Shown here: positions 1 to 8,631 of the stretch, one piece after another
Layout of the letters: every line of letters starts with the position of its first letter
How positions within the stretch are numbered: the first letter of the stretch is position 1
Source: Kiritimatiellia bacterium
GTDB taxonomy: Bacteria; Verrucomicrobiota; Kiritimatiellia; PWTM01
DNA length: 58,171 nucleotides
Direction of reading: 5' to 3'
Assembly: GCA_017996315.1 (NCBI GenBank)
Contig: JAGOHE010000001.1
Coordinates: forward strand, 1 to 58,171
Translations under genes and position numbers: made by a program
Notes under the pieces: generated by a model
Database searches by the model: none
What the model was told of the DNA's origin: nothing
The model's input: only the letters and a program-made list of their open reading frames with translations

Positions 1-435
1 CCAACTGACCGTGCGCTCGGGCGCGGCTCCGGCGGCTTCGCCCTCCGCTGGGTCCGCTTCCAGCACGCGGGCTTGAATCGCTTCGGATTCCGCGCGGACT
101 TCGATGCGCGCGGCCAGCAGGCTCAATCGCGTGTTCTCGCCCGTGCGCACATTCCGCACCACCACGCTTCCATTCAGCGCGCCTTCGCGCATCATGCCCA
201 CAAATGCCATCGCGTGCGCCGGGCCGTAAAAGTTACCCGGCTCCGTCTCAATCATCCAGCGCATCTCCAGCGCGTCGAATTCCGGCGCCGGCCGCCACAT
301 CACCCGGTCGCTCGATACCGCATCGTCCGGTGCAATGCGCCCGTCGCGCGCCCATTCAACCAAATCCGGCAGTTCGGCGGGTCCGAACACCTCACCATCC
401 GCCTTGCGCACGTACCATTCGGTGGTGTCGGTCAT
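1..435 (-). CDS. GYF_2 (DUF4339)-like domain protein, N-terminal part; the gene continues past the left window edge
   Basis: Not in the ORF track because it is open to the edge. Reverse-strand ATG at 435-433 reads MTDTTEWYVRKADGEVFGPAELPDLVEWARDGRIAPDDAVSSDRVMWRPAPEFDAL..., the W-Y..G..GP...W pattern of GYF_2 domains. High GC3. It starts 2 nt after the stop of the upstream LysM gene. Confidence 0.6.
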   Translation of the reverse strand, partial: MTDTTEWYVRKADGEVFGPAELPDLVEWARDGRIAPDDAVSSDRVMWRPAPEFDALEMRWMIETEPGNFYGPAHAMAFVGMMREGALNGSVVVRNVRTGENTRLSLLAARIEVRAESEAIQARVLEADPAEGEAAGAAPERTVSW

Positions 436-436
436 G

Positions 437-1024
437 TTATTTCTTGGGAATAAAAAGCTTTTGCCCTTCGCGAATGAGGTTGGCATCGCGCAGGTCGTTC
501 TCCCGAAGCAGGGCGGAAACGCTCACGCCATAGGCCTGGGCAATGGTGGAGATGGTTTCGCCGGGTCTCACCACATGCTCATACCCCTCCGTCGCTCCTC
601 CGCTCCGGCTCCCGCCCCCGCCGCGCGGCGCGCTCCCGCCGCCGCGCCGGAGCATGTCGGCCATTCGTCGGCTCAGATCGTCAATGATGGCCTGCTTGTC
701 CCGCTCGCGCGCGGCCGAAAGCTCCGTCACGCGGCGCTGCAGGTCGTCCACTTGGGGCTGCATCGCTTTCACTCCCGCCTGGCCCGCCCCTTCGGCTGAG
801 CGCCGCGTGGATTCCATCTCGCGCGCCATGCGTTGCGTTTCCATCTCCAGACCTTCCATCCTCCCGGAGAGGGCCTGTATCTGTTCCTGCAAACGTTGCA
901 GCTCCTGCTCCTGGCGGAGCGATTGCTGCTGTTGCTCCTCAAACATCGTGACGCAGCCGTTTCCGGTGAGGACCATCCAACCCAGCCCCGCCGCCGCGGC
1001 GCATCGAATATAAGGTGTGCGCAT
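437..1024 (-). CDS. LysM-domain lipoprotein with a coiled-coil segment
   Basis: ORF 437..1135. The likely start is the internal ATG at 1024 (MRTPYIRCAAAAGLGWMVLTGNGC, signal peptide plus lipobox Cys). Q/E/L-rich coiled coil, G/R-rich linker, and a C-terminal LysM motif (YEHVVRPGETISTIAQAYGVSVSALLRENDL...GQKLFIP). Confidence 0.75.
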   Translation of the reverse strand: MRTPYIRCAAAAGLGWMVLTGNGCVTMFEEQQQQSLRQEQELQRLQEQIQALSGRMEGLEMETQRMAREMESTRRSAEGAGQAGVKAMQPQVDDLQRRVTELSAARERDKQAIIDDLSRRMADMLRRGGGSAPRGGGGSRSGGATEGYEHVVRPGETISTIAQAYGVSVSALLRENDLRDANLIREGQKLFIPKK

Positions 1025-1239
1025 CCCGACAAGATACCGGACCCATGCGCCTCCCGACAACCCCGAATTGAGACTCGGAACCCGCCGCGGCCGCACGCTC
1101 CGGCGGTGGTCTGCACGGAACGCGCATGGAATCACAGAACCCGCACGGGACTCCGCCCGCGCTCATTTCCCGTCGCGGCGGCGCGGAATTACCGGACGCG
1201 CGGATTCACAACGGCGCGGAATTAGGCCATACTGCGGCC

Positions 1240-2346
1240 ATGGCGTTCCATCCTCCATCTCCGCCCCGCCCCGCGGCCGGGGTCGCGCCCGCCGCGCGTC
1301 ATCCCGCCGAATGGGAACCGCAGGCCGCGGCCTGGATCATCTGGCCTCATACGCGGATGGACTGGCCCGGCAAACTCACCGCCGTGGCCTGGGATTTTGC
1401 CGAAATTGTCCGCATCCTCGCCCCGGACGAGCGCGTGCGGGTGCTGGTCCAAAACGCCTCGCACGAACGGCGGGCCCGGATGATCCTCGAACTCGCGCAC
1501 GCGCCGCTCGAGGCGGTGGATTTCCTGCGTATCCCGTCCGACCGAAGCTGGGCCCGCGATACCGGACCGATCTTTGTCGAACCGCCCGGCGGAGGTCCGC
1601 CGGCGATTGCGCATTTCGAATTCAATGCGTGGGGAAAACGCGACGCCTACGAAAAGGACGCCGCAATCCCGGAGCGCGCCGCCCGATGGCGGAATGCCAA
1701 AATCATCACGCCTGAACACCGCGGCCGCCGGGTCGTGCTCGAGGGCGGCGCGATTGATGTGAACGGCCGCGGTTCGCTGATTACGACGGAGCAATGCCTG
1801 CTCGATGCGAACACGCAGGTGCGCAACGAAGGCTTCCGCCGGGCTGATTATGAGGAGGTGTTCGCGCGCTGGCTGGGCGCCCCCAATACCCTCTGGCTGA
1901 ATCAAGGCATCGCCGGCGATCTCGATACGCACGGGCACGTGGACGATATTTGCCGCTTTGTCGGCCCCTCCGCCCTCGTGCTCGCGATGGAGAACAATCC
2001 GGCCGATGAAAATCACCGCCCGTTGCGGGAGAACCGCGAACGGCTGCAGGACGCGCGCCTGGAGGATGGCTCACGACCGACGGTGGTGGAGTTGCCCATG
2101 CCCGCCCCGCTCCGATGCCGGGGCCAGCGGCTGCCCGCGAGCTACGCGAATTTCTTCATCGGCCGCCACACCGTTCTCGTCCCCACATTCAATGATCCCG
2201 CGGACCGCGTCGCCCTCGGCATCCTGGCGGAACTGTTTCCCGACCGCGTCGTCCGCGGCATCCATGGCGTGGATATTCTGCTGGGGCTGGGCGGCATCCA
2301 TTGCCTGACCCACGAAGAACCAGAGCCCTTCCCCCTGCGCGCTTGA
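1240..2346 (+). CDS. aguA: agmatine deiminase (porphyromonas-type peptidyl-arginine deiminase family)
   Basis: ORF 1126..2346; probable start is the ATG at 1240 (MAFHPP...). Family motifs are present: EWEPQAAAWIIWPH, GGAIDVNGRGSLITTEQCLL, HVDDICRF, PASYANFFIG, and the catalytic Cys in GGIHCLTHEEP. Confidence 0.85.
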   Translation: MAFHPPSPPRPAAGVAPAARHPAEWEPQAAAWIIWPHTRMDWPGKLTAVAWDFAEIVRILAPDERVRVLVQNASHERRARMILELAHAPLEAVDFLRIPSDRSWARDTGPIFVEPPGGGPPAIAHFEFNAWGKRDAYEKDAAIPERAARWRNAKIITPEHRGRRVVLEGGAIDVNGRGSLITTEQCLLDANTQVRNEGFRRADYEEVFARWLGAPNTLWLNQGIAGDLDTHGHVDDICRFVGPSALVLAMENNPADENHRPLRENRERLQDARLEDGSRPTVVELPMPAPLRCRGQRLPASYANFFIGRHTVLVPTFNDPADRVALGILAELFPDRVVRGIHGVDILLGLGGIHCLTHEEPEPFPLRA

Positions 2347-2361
2347 GCCCGATCGCTCGCC

Positions 2362-2525
2362 ATCCAACCCTTGGACAGAAATTCGACCCCGTATCCAACC
2401 CTTGGACAGCCGGCGCATCCGCGGCTCGTTATCCGGCTTGGGGCAGAAATCGAAAGGTACTCGCCGGGATTGAAGGAAGCCCATGGGCGATTCATTCTTC
2501 CTATTTCCCCCAATCCTTGGTACAG
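2362..2525. repeat. Cluster of TCCAA-N3-TTGGA-type palindromic repeats (two exact 17-bp copies 31 bp apart plus two degenerate copies)
   Basis: ATCCAACCCTTGGACAG at 2362-2378 and 2393-2409. Degenerate ATCCGGCTTGGGGCAGAAATCGAA at 2431-2454 and CAATCCTTGGTACAG at 2511-2525. Located in the intergenic region upstream of the sulfatase gene. The same architecture occurs at 44765-44810 and 49005-49050. Confidence 0.7.
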
Positions 2526-2578
2526 ATCATTGCTTCGAGCTCCGCTCGCCCCATGCCGTACCGCAACAGGAGATTGAC

Positions 2579-4138
2579 ATGAAGCTCCACCCCTGGCTGG
2601 CCACTTCGATCCTCGCCACCACCGCATCGGTCGCGGCGGAGCGCCCCAACGTGCTGCTCATTTACGGCGATGATGTGGGCTGGGGCGACATCAGTATCCA
2701 GGGCGCGACGAAAATCCGGACGCCGAACATCGATCGCCTCGCGGCGCAGGGACTGCGATTCACCGATGGCCACTGCGCGTCGGCCACTTGCACTCCTTCC
2801 CGATTTTCCCTGCTGACGGGCGTGCACGGTTTCCGCCATGCCATCCGGGTGCTGGCGCCCGATGCGCGCCTCACGATTCCCACGGACCGTCTCACCCTGC
2901 CCCGCGTGTTCAAGCAGGCCGGCTATCAGACCGCCGTGGTCGGCAAATGGCATCTCGGGCTGGGTGCGGAGGGCCGGCCGCTGGACTGGAACGGCGAGGT
3001 CAAACCCGGGCCGATGGAACTCGGGTTCGACTATAGCTTTCTGCTGCCCTACACAAATGATCGCGTACCGTGCGTGTATCTGGACGGCCATCGGGTTCTC
3101 CGTCTCGACCCCTCCGATCCCCTCTTTGTCGGCTCGCGGCCGCCGGATGCGAAGGTCACCGAATACCCGGATGGCCGGAAGAATCCCGAAGCCATGACCT
3201 ATTACCGCAGCAGCCACGGCCACAACGAATCCGTCATCAACGGTATCGGCCGCATCGGCCGCCAATGGGGCGGCCAATCCGCGCTCTGGAACGACGAGAC
3301 CATGACGGATGAATTCGTGGCGCGCTCGAAAACCTGGCTGAAAGACCGCGACCCTTCGAAGCCGTTCTTTCTGTTCTATGCCGCGCAGAACATTCATGTG
3401 CCCCGAACTCCGCATCCGCGCTTCCGGGGCGCCAGCGAGCTGGGTTATCGCGGGGATTCGATGGTTCAGTTCGACGATGCGGTCGGCGAACTTTTGAAGA
3501 CGCTGGATGAACTGAATTTGACGGACGATACCCTCGTCATCTTCTCCAGCGACAACGGTCCGGCCTATGACGACGGATACGAGGACGGCACCACCGTGCT
3601 GACATCCTCCCGGGAATCGGATCGCGGGCACGACGCTTCGGGACCGTACCGCGGGGGAAAATACCAGATCTTCGAAGGCGGAACCCGGGTGCCGTTTATT
3701 CTCCGATGGCCGGGACGCATCCGGCCGGGCGTCTCCAATGCGCTGGTCAGCCAGATTGATTTCATCGCCTCTTTCGCCGCCCTGCTGCGACAACCCCTTC
3801 CGGACGGCGACGCCATGGACAGCCGCGACACGCTTTCTGCGCTGCTGGGTCAGGACCGCGTCGGTTTGCCTTACCTCGTGGAAGAAGCTCAAACACTGGC
3901 CCTGCGCGAGGGTCCATGGAAGTTTATTCTCGAACCCAAGCGCCCGGACGGCGACGAACTGTATCATCTGGAGCGGGACGCGGGAGAAACCGAAAATCTT
4001 CTGCAACAACACCCGGAACAAGCTGCGCGCATGCGTCAGCAGTTGATTCGCATCCGCGAGGCCCGGGGCGGCATCCGGTCGCTGGAGCGCGGCGCCGCCG
4101 GTGCCGTACCCCCACCCTCTCCGACGGCGGCCCGATAA
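2579..4138 (+). CDS. arylsulfatase (formylglycine-dependent sulfatase family), secreted
   Basis: ORF 2483..4138; likely start is the ATG at 2579 (MKLHPWLATSILATTASVAAERPNVLLIYGDDVGWGD, signal peptide). Contains the C-x-P-x-R formylglycine motif (CTPSRFSLLTG) and GKWHLG. Confidence 0.9.
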   Translation: MKLHPWLATSILATTASVAAERPNVLLIYGDDVGWGDISIQGATKIRTPNIDRLAAQGLRFTDGHCASATCTPSRFSLLTGVHGFRHAIRVLAPDARLTIPTDRLTLPRVFKQAGYQTAVVGKWHLGLGAEGRPLDWNGEVKPGPMELGFDYSFLLPYTNDRVPCVYLDGHRVLRLDPSDPLFVGSRPPDAKVTEYPDGRKNPEAMTYYRSSHGHNESVINGIGRIGRQWGGQSALWNDETMTDEFVARSKTWLKDRDPSKPFFLFYAAQNIHVPRTPHPRFRGASELGYRGDSMVQFDDAVGELLKTLDELNLTDDTLVIFSSDNGPAYDDGYEDGTTVLTSSRESDRGHDASGPYRGGKYQIFEGGTRVPFILRWPGRIRPGVSNALVSQIDFIASFAALLRQPLPDGDAMDSRDTLSALLGQDRVGLPYLVEEAQTLALREGPWKFILEPKRPDGDELYHLERDAGETENLLQQHPEQAARMRQQLIRIREARGGIRSLERGAAGAVPPPSPTAAR

Positions 4139-4281
4139 GCTGATCCGTGGCGGGACACATAGGCCAGAGCCACCTTTGTTCCGTTCTTTTATCGATTGAT
4201 GGCAGGGCCGGATGGGAGCAGAATGCCTGACAGAATCGTTATGGTGGCGGTGGCGGTGATGACGGTGGATCGGGTCCCTTC

Positions 4282-7200
4282 ATGAGCATTACAACCGGCC
4301 AGATGAAATTGCGATACGGGGTCTGCCTGGCAAGCTGTGCCCTGGCTCTGGCGGCGAGCCTCGCCTTTCTCCGTTGGACTGGGCGGGATCTGGATCAATG
4401 GATTCAAGACCAACTGCAGCATGGCGCGTGGCATGTCGCACAGTCCACCAATGTGGAGCTGGTGAAGAAGCTGGCGTCGGGAACCCAGCCGACCGTCAGC
4501 GCCGAACAGGAACGTCTGCACCAGCATCTGGTAAAAATACTGCCTTGGATTTCTCACGCAACGCGCCTGCGCATTCTTGCGGTGAAGGAGGGTCGTCCGG
4601 ACTGGGTTCTCGCGGATTCTCTTGCGTTGCCTCCTGCCGGCGCCCCGCCGCAGACCGCACCTCCGGCGCCCTCCGGCGAGACCGCGGATAGCTTGCGTCA
4701 TATCCAGACGCATCGCTCGTCCTCGACGATTCTTGTTCAGGCCCCGATTCTGGACGCCCGAACGGGCCGCGTCATATCCTTCGTGATTGTCGATTTCGAC
4801 CGACGCGCGTGGTCCGCCTTGAAGACGCAGTCCATGGTGACGCCAGCCGTATTCGCACTGGTATTCACGGCTCTTGGCGTCATCTTGAGCGTACTCTATT
4901 GCCTCCAGCAACGGGGATCGTCCGAAACGTTTTTCACCGCCCCACGCAGGACCTCCCCGATCCTGATCCTGCTGCTGGGCGCCACCGTCACGATCGCCGG
5001 CATGCACACCCTGTACCGGATGGAGCACCGCGCCGACAGAGAAAACTTCCGCGCCGTGGTGCGCACTTCGATCATCAATATCACCGATTCGATCCACAGT
5101 CTGGACGAAGTGCGCCTCGAAAGTATCCGGCGATTCATTGAAGGCAGTGAACAGGTAACGGAGGAAGAATTCGCCTGGTTTACTGAATTTCTACACGATG
5201 ACCCGTCCATTTTCGGCTGGGGATGGGCTGGACCGGCGACTTCGGATACGAACGGGAAGTCCAGCCGTGAATACCGTGTCCGGTACTTGAGCGGCTCCGG
5301 TCTTTCGAAAGCCGGTATCGGGTTTGTCCTGAATTCCGTGCCTGAGCTTTCCACCGCGCTGGAAACGACGCTTCGAACCGGACTCAGTACGGCGTCCGAC
5401 GCCATCCTTCTTCCCCGCCCATGGCCCCGGCAGAAAATCATGCTGGTGTTCCTTCCCATTCATGGGCCTGATCCCTCCCATGCCAATCACGGGGTGGTGT
5501 TCGCGGCGCTTTCCTGGCCCGACATGGTAAACCGCATGGCTGACTTGATGGCGCCCGAGCATACAACCATGCATTTCCGCATCAGCGAGCCGCAAGCGGA
5601 TGAGAATCTTGTCGAACTGGCCATGTTTTCCGGACTCACCGAAACGGGCGCGGCGCCCCCCCCTCTTTCCCTGCGCTCTTCCCTCTGGCACACGCGGACC
5701 CTTCAGGCGTTCGGCCGGACGTTTCTCATCAGCGCGGTGTCCGCAGAGGAGGGCCTGTGGGCAGGAAAACATTCCGGCACCCGGACCGCGGGAGTGGCGG
5801 GCCTGCTGCTCACACTCATGACGGCGGCCTTGATCCGAACCATCGAGAATCGCGGAAACATGCTGCGCCGGGAAGTGCGGGAGCAGACTCTGCATCTTCG
5901 GAAATCCGAAGCATTTGCCCGGTCCACGCTGGATGGGTTGTCCGCGAAGATCGCCATTTTGGGGTCGGACGGAGAGATCCTCGCCGTCAACCAGGCATGG
6001 CGGTCCTTCGCGGAGAAGGGCGCAGGATTGCTGTTCAGCGCGAAGGAGGGCGAAAATTTTCTGCGGATCTGCGACGATGCTCTCGCGGTGGGGCACTCGG
6101 AAGCCGGAAGCATTGCCAAGGCCCTTCGCGCGACGATAGAGGGGACTCCCCAGCCCAACGGCATCGAATGCCGTCTGCACACGCGGCATGGGGACTGCTG
6201 GCTGGAAGCGCGCGTTACGCCCTTCCCCGGAGCAGACCCCGCGCGCGCCATTCTGGCCTACGAAGACATCACCGCACGGCGGAAAGCGGAGCAATCCGAA
6301 CGCAAACTCTCTTCCGGGATCGAGCAGAGCCCGAACATGGTCATGATCACCAGTACGGACGGTCGGATCGAATACTCCAATCCCCGTTTCACGGAAATCG
6401 CCGGGTATCGGCTGGAGGATATACGCGGCAAGGATTTTCATGTCGTCATGGCCGACGACATCGCCCGGGAAGCTACGCTGGAGATCGAGCAGGCCCTGGC
6501 CGAAGGACGCATGTGGGAGGGTGAATTCCAGAATCGGAAAGCGGACGGCACCCCTTTCTGGCACCGGGTGACCATTTCTCCGCTGCGGGATGAGGACGGC
6601 CGGATTACTCATTTCATGGCGGTGGGAGAAGACATCACCAGGCAGCGCGACACCGAAAGCCAGCTGGCGCAGGCGCAGAAGATGGAAACCGTCGGACGGC
6701 TGGCCGGGGGAATCGCGCACGACTTCAACAACTTGCTGCAGATTATTCTGGGATCCGTGGAATTCGCGCTCATGGACACTCCGGCGGATTCGAGCATTCG
6801 CGGGGATCTTGAGGAAATCAAACGCGCGGGGGAAAAGTCCGCCGCGCTGACCCGCCAGCTCCTCACGTTTGCCCGGAAACAGACCATTCAACCTCGGGTG
6901 CTCGATCTCAATGAAACCATATCCAAATTGGTTACCATGCTCCGACGGCTCATCGGGGACCAGATCCAGCTGGACTTTCAACCGGGCGACGGAGTTCCCC
7001 CGGTCTACATGGACCCGATGCAAATCGATCAGATTCTGGTGAACTTGGTAGTCAATGCCCGGGATGCCATCCGGCCGCCGGGCAAAATCACCCTCTCCAC
7101 GACGCCCGTGGAGTTGCAGGCCCAAGAATTGGGAAATCTCCATGCTTCTCTGGCTGGAAAGTTTGCCCGCATCGAGGTCTCGGATACCGGCGCAGGCATG

Positions 7201-7860
7201 GATGAAGAAACCCAGGCCCGGATTTTCGAGCCGTTCTTCACCACCAAAGCCAACGGCCTCGGAACCGGGCTCGGACTTCCGACCATCTACGGCATTGTGG
7301 AACAGAATCGGGGACAGATTCACGTAACCAGCCAACTGGGAAAGGGCACCACCTTCCACATCGATATTCCGGCCACCACAAAATACCTTCCTCCGGACGA
7401 GTTCGACCCGGCCACCACCTCGGGCGATGAAACCATTCTGCTGGTGGAGGACAATCCTCAGGTTCTCAAGTCGGTGGAATCCATGCTCCGGGCGCTGGGG
7501 TACACCGTGTGGGCCACCACCGACCCGGAGGAGGCCCGCCGGCGGGCAGAAGACAAAGCCGTGGCTTTGCTGTTGACCGATCTGGTGATGCCCAATATCA
7601 ATGGCCGGGAACTGGCGGAGGCGATCCGCGCACACCGCCCGAACCTTCCGTGTTTGTTCATGTCCGGCTATAACGCCGAAATCATGGGAACCGACGGCGT
7701 CGTGGTCTCCAATATGTTTTTTATCGATAAGCCTTTTACGCAATCCGCCCTGGGGCACATCGTCCGGAAGGCGCTCGATTCCAATCCCCCGCCGTCTCCC
7801 CCCGCACCGTCTTCCAAACCTTCGTCCGGACCGTCGCACACCGGAACTGGCGCGGCGTGA
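4282..7860 (+). CDS. hybrid sensor histidine kinase/response regulator (periplasmic sensor, TM, 2 PAS, HisKA, HATPase_c, REC)
   Basis: 1192-aa ORF. N-terminal TM plus extracytoplasmic region and a second TM. PAS-like segments (STLDGLSAKIAILGSDGEILAVNQAW; SPNMVMITSTDGRIEYSNPRFTEIAGY). H-box AHDFNNLLQII, N-box NLVVNARDAI, G-boxes DTGAGMD and GLGTGLGLPTIYGIV. Receiver ILLVEDNPQV...LLLTDLVMPNINGREL. Confidence 0.9.
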   Translation: MSITTGQMKLRYGVCLASCALALAASLAFLRWTGRDLDQWIQDQLQHGAWHVAQSTNVELVKKLASGTQPTVSAEQERLHQHLVKILPWISHATRLRILAVKEGRPDWVLADSLALPPAGAPPQTAPPAPSGETADSLRHIQTHRSSSTILVQAPILDARTGRVISFVIVDFDRRAWSALKTQSMVTPAVFALVFTALGVILSVLYCLQQRGSSETFFTAPRRTSPILILLLGATVTIAGMHTLYRMEHRADRENFRAVVRTSIINITDSIHSLDEVRLESIRRFIEGSEQVTEEEFAWFTEFLHDDPSIFGWGWAGPATSDTNGKSSREYRVRYLSGSGLSKAGIGFVLNSVPELSTALETTLRTGLSTASDAILLPRPWPRQKIMLVFLPIHGPDPSHANHGVVFAALSWPDMVNRMADLMAPEHTTMHFRISEPQADENLVELAMFSGLTETGAAPPPLSLRSSLWHTRTLQAFGRTFLISAVSAEEGLWAGKHSGTRTAGVAGLLLTLMTAALIRTIENRGNMLRREVREQTLHLRKSEAFARSTLDGLSAKIAILGSDGEILAVNQAWRSFAEKGAGLLFSAKEGENFLRICDDALAVGHSEAGSIAKALRATIEGTPQPNGIECRLHTRHGDCWLEARVTPFPGADPARAILAYEDITARRKAEQSERKLSSGIEQSPNMVMITSTDGRIEYSNPRFTEIAGYRLEDIRGKDFHVVMADDIAREATLEIEQALAEGRMWEGEFQNRKADGTPFWHRVTISPLRDEDGRITHFMAVGEDITRQRDTESQLAQAQKMETVGRLAGGIAHDFNNLLQIILGSVEFALMDTPADSSIRGDLEEIKRAGEKSAALTRQLLTFARKQTIQPRVLDLNETISKLVTMLRRLIGDQIQLDFQPGDGVPPVYMDPMQIDQILVNLVVNARDAIRPPGKITLSTTPVELQAQELGNLHASLAGKFARIEVSDTGAGMDEETQARIFEPFFTTKANGLGTGLGLPTIYGIVEQNRGQIHVTSQLGKGTTFHIDIPATTKYLPPDEFDPATTSGDETILLVEDNPQVLKSVESMLRALGYTVWATTDPEEARRRAEDKAVALLLTDLVMPNINGRELAEAIRAHRPNLPCLFMSGYNAEIMGTDGVVVSNMFFIDKPFTQSALGHIVRKALDSNPPPSPPAPSSKPSSGPSHTGTGAA

Positions 7861-7902
7861 AGCGCGGTTGACAGCCCGATACGCAATGGTGAGAATACAT
7901 TT

Positions 7903-8631
7903 ATGAAAGGGTACCCTATGCCAACGCGTCGCATGCGCCGATTCCTGATGCTCGTCTCTGCACTTCTCGCCACAGCCGCTCCGATCACGGCCCGCGCCGC
8001 GGAACTGGCCACGAAATCCACGGGCCAATCCACGGGCCTGTTTGCGATCGGGCCCCGCTTCGGAACCACCGGGCTGGGCGCCGATTTGGCGTTTCCTCTC
8101 GGAGATCATTTCCGCGTTCGTTTTCTGGGATCCATTGGGTATTTCTCGTTCGATGGCGACATGAGCGATGTGGAATACGCCATTGACGTCAGCACCCCCA
8201 CGCTCGGCGGCGTCATGGATATTCATCCCGGCGGCGGCGCCTTCCGCTTCTCCCTCGGCGCATTCTGGACCGGCATCGACGCGGATGGATCGGCCCGACC
8301 GACCGACAATGTCTCCATTGGCGATGTGGACTATCCTCCCGCCGCCATCGGAAAGCTGAATGCCACGCTGGAATATCCATCCGCCATGGGCTATGTGGGC
8401 ATCGGGTTCGGAAACTCCTTCGTCGACAGCCGATGGACGGTCTCGCTGGATCTGGGCGTGCTGGTGGGCTCCTCTCCCGACTTCACCCTGGAATCGGAAG
8501 GCGGATTACTCTCCAACGATCCAACATTTCGCGCGGAGTTGGGAAAGGAGGAACAGGAGATTCGGGACGACATTACGGACCGGCTGCGCATCTATCCGGT
8601 GCTGACTCTCGGCCTCTCCTTTAGATTCTGA
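7903..8631 (+). CDS. outer-membrane beta-barrel protein (hypothetical)
   Basis: 242-aa ORF with a signal peptide (RRFLMLVSALLATAAPITARA), alternating beta-strand-like pattern and a terminal aromatic residue (LSFRF). Its stop overlaps the next start (TGATG at 8629-8633). Confidence 0.6.
   Translation: MKGYPMPTRRMRRFLMLVSALLATAAPITARAAELATKSTGQSTGLFAIGPRFGTTGLGADLAFPLGDHFRVRFLGSIGYFSFDGDMSDVEYAIDVSTPTLGGVMDIHPGGGAFRFSLGAFWTGIDADGSARPTDNVSIGDVDYPPAAIGKLNATLEYPSAMGYVGIGFGNSFVDSRWTVSLDLGVLVGSSPDFTLESEGGLLSNDPTFRAELGKEEQEIRDDITDRLRIYPVLTLGLSFRF

Noticed and set aside
2362-2409. Match of ATCCAAC to the MmeI recognition sequence TCCRAC, suggesting the palindromes are targets of the neighbouring-type R-M enzyme
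   Set aside because: Only the locus-1 copies contain TCCAAC; the other loci read TCCAAG or TCCAAA. MmeI-family specificities vary widely with the TRD, so this is most likely coincidence.
5191-8226. 1011-aa ORF on the minus strand
   Set aside because: It is antisense to the well-supported hybrid histidine kinase gene. The Arg/Gly/Pro-rich translation has no motifs. It is a typical stop-poor antisense frame of a GC-rich gene.
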